DNA from: Gemmatimonadota bacterium
GTDB lineage: Bacteria > Gemmatimonadota > Gemmatimonadetes > Gemmatimonadales > GWC2-71-9
Direction of reading: 5' to 3'
NCBI GenBank assembly: GCA_003221075.1
Contig: QHUF01000239.1
Location: 1 to 36,121 of the forward strand
Length of the DNA stretch: 36,121 nt
The notes under the pieces were generated by a model that saw nothing but the letters and a program-made list of their open reading frames with translations, was not told the origin of the DNA and searched no databases. Within the stretch, counting starts at the first letter, position 1. Each line of letters opens with the position of its first letter. The position numbers and the translations under genes were made by a program. Shown here piece after piece: positions 15,217 to 22,743 of the stretch.

Positions 15217-15795
15217 CTAGAGTATGGCGACGGAGTCTCCCAGCGAAACCGTACCGACCCCCTCACCTACGCAGTAGAACCCGCGCATGCCGTTGTCCAG
15301 AAATTGGAGATGTTTTTTCAGCTCCTCCGGCTCGACTTGTTTTCCCAGTGCCCATCCCGTGAACGGCCGGCACGGGTGTGCCACCTGGAGCACTTTCAGC
15401 CGCACCCGTTCCTTCCCGTCGGGTGACAGGATGGCCACGCCGGCAGCGAGTTCGTCGTAGCCGAATCGCCGGTCGCTGGTCGCGATGATGTTTTCGCCCG
15501 CGCATCCCACCTCGACCCGGTTCCCGAAGTGCTCGCGCATCGCGTCGTAATGCGACGTGAAGCCGAGCGAGATCCCGTGGAGACCGTCCTCGTTCTTGGT
15601 CACGGGGTGCGAGCGGTGGTGGACGTCCACGACCCACATGCCGCCGGGACTACCGCCGAGTGCGCCGTCGGGCGAGACGTGAAGCACCGGAACGGCGAGC
15701 AGCGGCGTAGGGTCGTACGTCCGTGTCGGCTTCTCGCCCGACTTCAGCGAGCCGCGTTGGACTTGCAAACGGGTGACGGTACCGATCGTGCGCAT
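15217..15795 (-). CDS. MOSC-like beta-barrel domain protein
   Basis: 192-aa ORF. It has GCAGENIIA (compare fGENl in MOSC) and VLQVAHPCRPF (compare the conserved PC motif). The assignment is from pattern memory only. Confidence 0.5.
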   Translation of the reverse strand: MRTIGTVTRLQVQRGSLKSGEKPTRTYDPTPLLAVPVLHVSPDGALGGSPGGMWVVDVHHRSHPVTKNEDGLHGISLGFTSHYDAMREHFGNRVEVGCAGENIIATSDRRFGYDELAAGVAILSPDGKERVRLKVLQVAHPCRPFTGWALGKQVEPEELKKHLQFLDNGMRGFYCVGEGVGTVSLGDSVAIL

Positions 15796-15832
15796 AACGC
15801 AATTTAGCAGGATGTGCTACATTGGCGCGCTC

Positions 15833-16219
15833 ATGGCTCGCTCTACTCCTTCATCGTCACCCCGCGGCTGGGCGCGATGTCTGGATAACGTCGCCGACGT
15901 GCTGCGTCGCGGCGCCTGGTACCCGATCGTCGATGAAACCGACGACGGCAAGGTGGTCATTGAAGTCCGCAAGAAACCGGTGCGCGTGAGCCGCATCGAC
16001 GTCGCCGTGCGCGAATCCCCTCCCGACCGCTGGAGCATCGTCATCCGCACCGGCCTGCTCCGCCCTACCCTGGGCGGCAGGGAAGGGGAGGAGGTCACCA
16101 CCACGTATGCCGTCTGTCCCCAGTGTCAGGAGCGGCAGGACTTCAGCGGCAAGCCCGACGCGCTGAAGTGTCTGCGGTGCAAGACGGAATCGCAGGTCGA
16201 CTGGTCGGAAACCTGCTAA
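15833..16219 (+). CDS. Small uncharacterised zinc-ribbon protein (paralog 2 of 14680-15069)
   Basis: The start is chosen at ATG 15833 (MARSTPSSSPRGWARC...) by analogy with paralog 1; the ORF track begins at 15773. Shared blocks: LRRGAWYPIV, PPDRWSIV, TYAVCPQCQERQ, CLRCK, WSE. Confidence 0.6.
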   Translation: MARSTPSSSPRGWARCLDNVADVLRRGAWYPIVDETDDGKVVIEVRKKPVRVSRIDVAVRESPPDRWSIVIRTGLLRPTLGGREGEEVTTTYAVCPQCQERQDFSGKPDALKCLRCKTESQVDWSETC

Positions 16220-16364
16220 CTGGCCATCTGCCGTCAGCCATCTGCCGTCAGCAGATCCCATTTTCCTGGGGCATTGCGGGCCCGGAAATGTTTAGTATGT
16301 TAATTATCAACATGTTAACTTTCTGTGCAGTACAGACGGCTGAGGGCTGACGGCAGACGGCCAG
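16220..16364. repeat. ~32-nt inverted repeat arms, the left containing two tandem 14-mers, bracketing an 81-nt AT-rich core
   Basis: The left arm (16220-16251) is CTG GCCATCTGCCGTCA GCCATCTGCCGTCA G. The reverse complement of the right arm (16333-16364) is CTGGCCGTCTGCCGTCAGCCCTCAGCCGTCTG. The outer 19 nt match 18/19 and the inner unit matches about 9/12. The element starts immediately after the paralog-2 stop codon. Confidence 0.85.
16297..16319. promoter_or_regulatory. Candidate MarR operator/promoter: imperfect 17-bp palindrome plus AACATGTT and GTTAAC palindromes
   Basis: ATGTTAAT-T-ATCAACAT (16297-16313) pairs at 7 of 8 positions. It overlaps AACATGTT (16309-16316) and GTTAAC (16314-16319). 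This is the most AT-rich stretch of the window, directly upstream of the MarR-family gene. Confidence 0.45.
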
Positions 16365-16825
16365 TGTCAGACCGTTCCGAGCTCGCACTGCAGCTGACCG
16401 ACGCGGTCGCGGCTGCCTACCAGGCCATCGAGCGGGCGGGCAACCGGGCCTACAAGAGCTTCGGGCTGTCGCAGCGGGCTCACGCGGCGATGGCGGCCGT
16501 CGACCTGGGGGGCCCCGATGGCGCGCGGCCCAGTGACGTCGCCAGCGAACTCCGTGTGTCCCGCGCCGCAGCCACGACGTTCATCCAGCGGCTCGAGGCG
16601 AAGGGGATGGTCGAGACCACGACCGATCCCGACGACGATCGCGGCGTGCGCGTCACGCTTACGCGCCACGGTCTGGAGGTCCTGCTGCGGGTCGGCCAGC
16701 TGGAACGACGCCTTGCGGCCCGCACGATCGAGGGCATGCCGGCCTCCGCCATGGCGCGGACGATTCACGTGCTACAGGAGCTCAAGTCACGGCTGGAGCA
16801 GAAGTCGCTCGAGGTCGTGCGCTGA
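16364..16825 (+). CDS. MarR-family transcriptional regulator
   Basis: The winged-helix region is SQRAHAAMAAVDLGG..ARPSDVASELRVSRAAATTFIQRLEAKGMVE..DPDDDRGVRVTLTRHG. The start is ambiguous between GTG 16364 (after the inverted repeat) and GTG 16325. Confidence 0.75.
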   Translation: MSDRSELALQLTDAVAAAYQAIERAGNRAYKSFGLSQRAHAAMAAVDLGGPDGARPSDVASELRVSRAAATTFIQRLEAKGMVETTTDPDDDRGVRVTLTRHGLEVLLRVGQLERRLAARTIEGMPASAMARTIHVLQELKSRLEQKSLEVVR

Positions 16826-17038
16826 GCGCGTATGCAGATGTGCGAATCTTTATGCATCAGGCCGGTGCTCGTCCGGGCCACGGTGTCGCTTCACGTATCA
16901 CTTCAACGCCGTTGATTAGCCGTAGTCAATTCAACGCATTCGATTGGACGTCGTCGCGGCAGCTGTCGCTTGTTAGAACGCCGCGGCGACCCGTTCCAAG
17001 CTGCCTAGTTTTCCACACCCCTCACAGCGCGTGCAATT

Positions 17039-18373
17039 GTGGATAACCGATCGAATGGCGCCCCGCAGATCCGCCGCACGAAAATCGTCGCCACGCTCGG
17101 GCCGGCCACCGGCAAGGAGTCGACGATCGCGGCGCTGCTCCAGGCCGGTGCCAATGTCCTGCGCATCAATGCGTCCCATGGGACACCGGAGCTGCGCGCC
17201 GAGTGGATCGCCGCGGCCCGGAAGGTCGCGGCGCGAAGCGACTCACCGATCGCCGTGCTGCTCGACCTCCAGGGGCCACGCATTCGAGTCGGAGACCTGC
17301 CCGCTCCTCGGGAGCTGAAGCCGGGTCAGGAGGTCGCTTTCGCTCCTGAAGAGGTCGCCCGCGCCGACGAGCTGCCCACCACCTACGACGGCCTCGCCAA
17401 CGACGCCCGCGTGGGCTCGCGAATCCTGCTGAACGACGGTCTGCTCTCGGTGGAGGTGTCCGCCCCCGCGCTCACCGAGAAGGACCGCGAGGATGTCAAA
17501 GACGCCCTGAAGATCGGAGTGGACTATCTGGCGCTGTCGTTCGTGCGTCGTCCGGAGGACATCGAAGAGCTGCGCGGACTGGTTCGCGGTGCCTCCTCGA
17601 AGCTCGTGGCGAAGATCGAGAAAGCGACCGCCCTCGACAACCTCGACAAGATTGTCGCGGTCTCCGATGCCGTCATGGTCGCGCGCGGGGACCTCGGTGT
17701 CGAGCTGCCGTTCGAGCAGGTGCCGCTGGTGCAGAAGCGGCTGATCGCCGAGGCGAATCACCAGGGGCGGCCGGTGATCACGGCGACGCAGATGCTCGAG
17801 TCGATGGTGCACAACCCCCGGCCCACGCGCGCCGAAGCCTCCGACGTCGCTAACGCGATTCTCGACGGCACGGACGCCGTGATGCTCTCGGCGGAGACCG
17901 CCGTAGGGCAATATCCGGTGGAAGCGGTGCGCGCCATGGACCGGATCATCCGGGAAATGGAGCGGCACCCGCTGCGCCATCGGGAAGAGCGGCGCCGGGA
18001 GAGCGAGAGCGTGCACACGGAAGACGCGATCGCCTGGGGGACGTACGCGGTAGCGCGCATGCTCAAGACACCGCTCATCGTCACCCTGACCAAGGGTGGG
18101 TTCACGGCACGCAAAGTCGCCGCGCTGCGACCACCAGTTCCGATTCTCGCGGTCACGACCGAGGCGTCGACGTACCGGCAGCTCGCCCTGGTGTGGGGGG
18201 TGATGCCGATCCTCGTCGACCATGTACCCGGCTATGATGCCATGTTGACCGTCGTGCGCGATCTCATTCTCAAGCGCCAATACGCGAAGTCGGGCGATTG
18301 CATCGTGATGACGGCGGGCGTCCCGTGGGACGTCTCCGGCAGCACCAACCTCATCAAAGTCGAGGTAGTGTGA
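17039..18373 (+). CDS. pyk: Pyruvate kinase (short form, apparently truncated B/lid domain)
   Basis: Seen: RRTKIVATLGPA, NVLRINASHG, LLDLQGPRIR, ALTEKD, SFV, KIE, MVARGDLGVE, ITATQMLESM..PRPTRAE..DVANAILDGTDAVMLSAETA. The start is GTG. At 444 aa it is shorter than typical ~470-480-aa bacterial enzymes. Confidence 0.9.
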   Translation: MDNRSNGAPQIRRTKIVATLGPATGKESTIAALLQAGANVLRINASHGTPELRAEWIAAARKVAARSDSPIAVLLDLQGPRIRVGDLPAPRELKPGQEVAFAPEEVARADELPTTYDGLANDARVGSRILLNDGLLSVEVSAPALTEKDREDVKDALKIGVDYLALSFVRRPEDIEELRGLVRGASSKLVAKIEKATALDNLDKIVAVSDAVMVARGDLGVELPFEQVPLVQKRLIAEANHQGRPVITATQMLESMVHNPRPTRAEASDVANAILDGTDAVMLSAETAVGQYPVEAVRAMDRIIREMERHPLRHREERRRESESVHTEDAIAWGTYAVARMLKTPLIVTLTKGGFTARKVAALRPPVPILAVTTEASTYRQLALVWGVMPILVDHVPGYDAMLTVVRDLILKRQYAKSGDCIVMTAGVPWDVSGSTNLIKVEVV

Positions 18374-18374
18374 C

Positions 18375-19157
18375 GTGCGGCTGATCTTTCTCGGCACAGG
18401 CACGTCGTTCGGCGTGCCGCAGATCGGCTGTCGCTGTCCCACCTGTACATCCGCTGACCCCCGCGACCGGCGCACCCGCACCGGCGCACTGATCGAGACT
18501 CAGGGCAAGCGTCTCCTGATCGATACGCCGCCCGAGCTGCGGTTGCAGCTCGTCGCCGCCGGCGTCGATCACATCGATGCCGTGCTGTTCACGCACGCGC
18601 ACGCTGACCACGTGCACGGCATCGACGACCTGCGCGCGCTCTCGGTCCGCCAGGGCGTGATGCTGCCGGCCTACGGCTCGCGCGGCACGATGGCGGAGCT
18701 GGCTTCCAAGTTTCCCTACATCTTCGATCCCTCGATCGTCGTGCCCGCGGGAACCAGCAAGCCGGAGCTGGCGGCGCACGTGCTCGAGCCCGGCAAGGCC
18801 ACCGCGATCGCCGGCGTGCCCGTCCTGCCGTTGTCGCTGCCGCACGGCGACCATGAGGTGTTCGGCTATCGTATCGGTGCGGCGGCGTATCTGACGGACG
18901 TGAAGACGATTCCCGGGGACGTGGTTGCCGCGCTCGCGGGCCTCGACGTGCTGGTGCTCAACGCGCTGCTGTCGCGTCCCCATCCGCTCCACTTGTCGGT
19001 GCCGGAAGCCGTCGCGGCGGCACAGCGCGTCGGCGCGCGCCGTACGTTCTTCACGCATCTGACGCACGAGAACACGCATGCGGCCCTTGCCGCGAAGCTG
19101 CCGCCGGGCATTGCGCCGGCGTTCGACGGGCTGGTTATCGACCTACCCGGGGCATAA
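18375..19157 (+). CDS. MBL-fold metallo-hydrolase (PhnP-like)
   Basis: Seen: LIFLGTGTSFGVPQIGCRCPTC and the HAHADHVHG (HxHxDH) motif. The GTG start lies 1 nt after the pyk stop. Confidence 0.75.
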   Translation: MRLIFLGTGTSFGVPQIGCRCPTCTSADPRDRRTRTGALIETQGKRLLIDTPPELRLQLVAAGVDHIDAVLFTHAHADHVHGIDDLRALSVRQGVMLPAYGSRGTMAELASKFPYIFDPSIVVPAGTSKPELAAHVLEPGKATAIAGVPVLPLSLPHGDHEVFGYRIGAAAYLTDVKTIPGDVVAALAGLDVLVLNALLSRPHPLHLSVPEAVAAAQRVGARRTFFTHLTHENTHAALAAKLPPGIAPAFDGLVIDLPGA

Positions 19158-19182
19158 ATTCCGCCGCGAGGAGGAGCAGGAC

Positions 19183-20514
19183 ATGCTCAAGGAAAGCGCT
19201 GATATAGACGTGCTGGTGCGCAAGGCGGTCTTCGGAAGCGAAGACGAGAAAGCGCACGCGCGCTGGATGATTTGGGAGATGGGGCAACAGGCCGGCGTCC
19301 GGCCCGCCTCGATTCACGAGCTCTACATGGCCCGAGGCCGCGACGAGGTGCCGGCGTTCACGACGCCGGCGATGAACGTCCGGATCCTGTCCTACGACAC
19401 TGGGCGGGCGATCTTCCGCGCGGCGAAGCGCCTCGATGCCGGCGCGATCATCTGCGAGATCGCCCGCAGCGAGATCGCCTATACCGACCAGCGGCCGGCC
19501 GAGTACGTCGCCGTGATGACGGCGGCGGCGCTGCGCGAGGGATTCACGGGGCCGTTGTTCATTCAAGGCGACCACGTCCAGGTCAACGCGAAGAAGTACG
19601 CCGCCGATCCGGAGGCCGAGCTCAAGGCGCTGCGCGCGCTGATCGAGGAGGAGCTGCACGCCGGCTTCTACAACATCGACATCGACACGTCCACGCTCGT
19701 CGATCTCTCCAAGCCCAATCTCGATGAGCAGCAGCGTACGAACTACGAGCGCGCAGCGGAGCTCACGAAATTCATCCGCGACCGCGAGCCGGACGACGTC
19801 ACCGTTTCCGTCGGCGCCGAAATCGGCGAAGTGGGGGGCAAGAACAGCGACGTGCACGAGCTGAAAGCGTTCATGGACGGCTACAACCGGACGCTGACCA
19901 AGCTCGGGACCCCGGCCGGTATTTCGAAGATCTCCGTGCAAACCGGCACGAGCCATGGTGGCGTCGTGTTGCCCGACGGCTCGATCGCGAAAGTGCAGCT
20001 CGACCTGCAGGCGCTGAAGGCGCTGTCGCACGACGCGCGGACGAAATACGGGCTTGGCGGCGCGGTGCAGCACGGCGCCTCGACGCTGCCGCCGGACGCG
20101 TTCTCGCAGTTCCCCGCGTGTGAGGCGGTCGAGATCCACCTGGCCACGAATTTCCAGACCATCGTCATGGATCACCCCGCGCTGCCGAAAGATCTCCGCC
20201 GCGAAGTGAACGAATGGGTCAAGCGCGAAGCGAAGGAAGAGTGGAAAAAGGGCGACACCGAAGAGCAGTTCATCTACAAGAGCCGCAAGAAGGCGATCGG
20301 GCCCTTCAAGCGGCGGTTCTGGGATCTGCCCGCGGACGTGCGGGCCGCCATCGGCGCCGATCTCGAGAAGACGTTTGGGTTCCTGTTCGAGCAGCTGCGC
20401 GTGAAGGGCACGCGCGGGTCGACCGATCGGTACGTCAAACCGAAACTCGTGTCACACGCCGCGCCACGAGCCGCGCTCGTGTCGGCGCCGGATGATGCGG
20501 AGGCAGGGGAATGA
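19183..20514 (+). CDS. fba: Class II fructose/ketose-bisphosphate aldolase (long form)
   Basis: The start is at ATG 19183, preceded by GAGGAGGAG. The ORF-track extension to 19078 overlaps the upstream gene. Motifs seen: PAMNVR, IQGDHVQV, GFYNIDIDTS, GAEIGEVGG, QTGTSHGG, VQHGAST. Confidence 0.8.
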   Translation: MLKESADIDVLVRKAVFGSEDEKAHARWMIWEMGQQAGVRPASIHELYMARGRDEVPAFTTPAMNVRILSYDTGRAIFRAAKRLDAGAIICEIARSEIAYTDQRPAEYVAVMTAAALREGFTGPLFIQGDHVQVNAKKYAADPEAELKALRALIEEELHAGFYNIDIDTSTLVDLSKPNLDEQQRTNYERAAELTKFIRDREPDDVTVSVGAEIGEVGGKNSDVHELKAFMDGYNRTLTKLGTPAGISKISVQTGTSHGGVVLPDGSIAKVQLDLQALKALSHDARTKYGLGGAVQHGASTLPPDAFSQFPACEAVEIHLATNFQTIVMDHPALPKDLRREVNEWVKREAKEEWKKGDTEEQFIYKSRKKAIGPFKRRFWDLPADVRAAIGADLEKTFGFLFEQLRVKGTRGSTDRYVKPKLVSHAAPRAALVSAPDDAEAGE

Positions 20515-20882
20515 GCGAGCGCAGTGGAGGATTCGGCGCCTTTTTGTTCGGCATGGTGCTCGGCGCGGTGGCGGGGTTCGTGTTCGCCCCCACCGAAGGC
20601 GGGGAGAGCACGCGGCGCAAGGTGACCAAGGGCCTGCGCAACCTGAAGGAGCTCGCCGAGGAAAAAGTGGACGAAGTCCGCGGACTCCTGAAGGAAGCCG
20701 GAGACGAGGCCGAGGAGTCCGGCGAGTCCGACGAGTCCGACGAGGACGATGATGAAGAGCCGGAGATCGCGACCCGCGAGCAGCTGCGTCGCCGGCTCGA
20801 GGCCGCGCGCCGCCGCCGTGCCCGGGCCGCCCGGCCGCCCGTTCCCCCCGCGTCCGACGAGGAGGACGAGCCGCTCGCGTGA
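20511..20882 (+). CDS. YtxH-domain protein with acidic/basic low-complexity tail
   Basis: The YtxH-like N-terminus is GGFGAFLFGMVLGAVAGFVFAPTEGGESTRRKV. The start overlaps fba (ATGA). Confidence 0.65.
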   Translation: MSERSGGFGAFLFGMVLGAVAGFVFAPTEGGESTRRKVTKGLRNLKELAEEKVDEVRGLLKEAGDEAEESGESDESDEDDDEEPEIATREQLRRRLEAARRRRARAARPPVPPASDEEDEPLA

Positions 20883-21715
20883 ATCGTGAAGGCGGCTGGC
20901 ACCGCACGGTCACCGGCGTCGTCCGGCGCACCCTCGAGGCCGCCTACGAAGACAACATTCCGTTCCTCGCCGGTGCCCTCTCGTTCGACATTCTGCTGAC
21001 TGCCATTCCCTTCGTCGGGCTCGTCCTGGCCGTCGTCGGCTACCTCGCGCAATACCAGCTCGCCATTCAGCAGCTCAACGTCCACGAGCTGCTGGAGCGC
21101 TTCCTGCCCGAGTCGAGCGGCGGGGAGACCGGCCAGTTCGGCTTCATCGAGCGCGCCCTCGGCGACCTGGTCGCAAGGCGCGGCCACCTCACACTCCTCG
21201 CCGCGCCCCTGTTCCTGTGGTTCTCGACTCGTATGTTCGGGGGACTGCGTGCGGCCCTGAACGAAGTCTTCGACACCGAGGAGAACCGATCCTGGCCGAG
21301 GGCCAAGCTGCTCGACATCGCCATGGTGTTCGTCGCCGGGACGCTGTTCCTCGCGATCGCGTTTGCGACCACGACCCGCGGGGTCGGATCGCAGCTCGCG
21401 TCCCTCGTGTTCAGCACGGCCCTCTTCTTCGTCATCTTCAAATACCTGCCCAGCCGGCGGATCTACTGGCGTACCAGTGTGGTGGCCTCGCTGTTCTGCG
21501 CGGTCGCCTTCGAGATCGCCAAGCGGCTGTACGCGCTGTACGTGACACGCTTCGTGACGTTCGACCGCCTGGCGTCGGACGCGAATCTCGTCGGTCTCTT
21601 CCTGTTCCTGCTGTGGATCTATTACACGGCCTATGTGTTTCTGCTGGGCGGCGAAGTGGCGGAAACGTACGACCTGATGCGCATGCGGCGCCTGCAACGC
21701 GTGCGCCTCGGATGA
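20879..21715 (+). CDS. YihY/BrkB-family inner membrane protein
   Basis: Seen: IPFLAGALSFDILLTAIPF, multiple hydrophobic helices, and C-terminal YYTAYVFLLGGEV. The start overlaps the upstream gene (GTGA). Confidence 0.7.
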   Translation: MNREGGWHRTVTGVVRRTLEAAYEDNIPFLAGALSFDILLTAIPFVGLVLAVVGYLAQYQLAIQQLNVHELLERFLPESSGGETGQFGFIERALGDLVARRGHLTLLAAPLFLWFSTRMFGGLRAALNEVFDTEENRSWPRAKLLDIAMVFVAGTLFLAIAFATTTRGVGSQLASLVFSTALFFVIFKYLPSRRIYWRTSVVASLFCAVAFEIAKRLYALYVTRFVTFDRLASDANLVGLFLFLLWIYYTAYVFLLGGEVAETYDLMRMRRLQRVRLG

Positions 21716-22743
21716 ATTCCCCGGTGATCGATCTCCGCTCCGATACCGTCACCAAGCCGTCGCCCGCGATGCGTCGCGCCATGGCGGACGCGGAGGTCGG
21801 TGACGATGTTCTCGATGGCGATCCGACCACGCGCCGCCTCGAAGAGCGCGTCGCCGAGCTGCTCGGCACCGAGGACGCCCTCTTCTTCCCGTCGGGCACG
21901 CAAGCCAATCAGACCGGCATCGCGCTCGTCACCGAGCCGGGCACCGAGCTGCTGCTCGAAGCCAACGCGCACCTCGTGCACTCCGAAGTGGCGGGCGTCG
22001 CCGCGCTGTCGGGCGTGCAGATCCGGCCGATCACCACGCCCGACGGCCTGCTCACCGCCGACTTGGTCCGCGGCGCGCTGCGGGCCCCGTCGCCACACGT
22101 CCCGCGCATCACGGCACTCGCGATCGAGAACACGCACAACAACGCCGGCGGGCGCGTGCTCGATGCCGCAGGAGTCGACGGGCTGACCCGCGCGGCGCGC
22201 GACGCGCGACTCGCGGTCCACCTCGACGGGGCGCGGCTCTGGAACGCCGCCGCGGCCGCCGGAGTGAAGCCGGCGCGGCTCGCACACGGCGCCGACACCG
22301 TGATGGTGAGCTTCTCGAAGGGACTCGGCTGTCCCGTGGGGTCGTGCCTCGGATTCAGGAGGGAGTGGCGCGCCCGCGCCTGGGAGATCCGCAAACGCCT
22401 GGGGGGCGGGATGCGTCAGTCGGGCATCCTCGCCGCGGCGGGACTGTACGCGCTCGATCACAACCTGGCACGGATCGGTGAGGATCACACCAACGCCAAA
22501 CGCTTCGCCGACCTACTGTCCGACAGTCAGACAGTCCGACCGTCCGACCCGCAATCCAACATCGTCATGGTCGACCTGCTGCGGCGCGGTGACACGCCCG
22601 AATCGGTGTCCCAGCGGCTGGCGCAAGCAGGAGTCCGGCTCGCGCCGTGGGGACCACGCCGGCTGCGCGTGGTCACGCATCTCGACGTGACACGGGCCGA
22701 CGTTGAACGGGCCGCGCGCGTCGTTCTGGAGACGCTCGCGTGA
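21712..22743 (+). CDS. ltaE: Low-specificity L-threonine aldolase (PLP-dependent)
   Basis: The start is at ATG 21712 (ATGA overlap). The 5' part of the ORF-track 508-aa frame overlaps yihY. Seen: IDLRSDTVTKPSPAMRRAMADAEVGDDVLDGDPTTRRLEERVAELLG..FPSGTQANQ, and SFSKGLG (PLP lysine context). Confidence 0.85.
   Translation: MNSPVIDLRSDTVTKPSPAMRRAMADAEVGDDVLDGDPTTRRLEERVAELLGTEDALFFPSGTQANQTGIALVTEPGTELLLEANAHLVHSEVAGVAALSGVQIRPITTPDGLLTADLVRGALRAPSPHVPRITALAIENTHNNAGGRVLDAAGVDGLTRAARDARLAVHLDGARLWNAAAAAGVKPARLAHGADTVMVSFSKGLGCPVGSCLGFRREWRARAWEIRKRLGGGMRQSGILAAAGLYALDHNLARIGEDHTNAKRFADLLSDSQTVRPSDPQSNIVMVDLLRRGDTPESVSQRLAQAGVRLAPWGPRRLRVVTHLDVTRADVERAARVVLETLA

Noticed and set aside
16826-17038. 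The 213-nt intergenic region checked for a tRNA or other small RNA gene.
   Set aside because: No T-loop (GTTCGAATC-like) or cloverleaf-compatible stems were found. Only a direct repeat and small hairpins are present.
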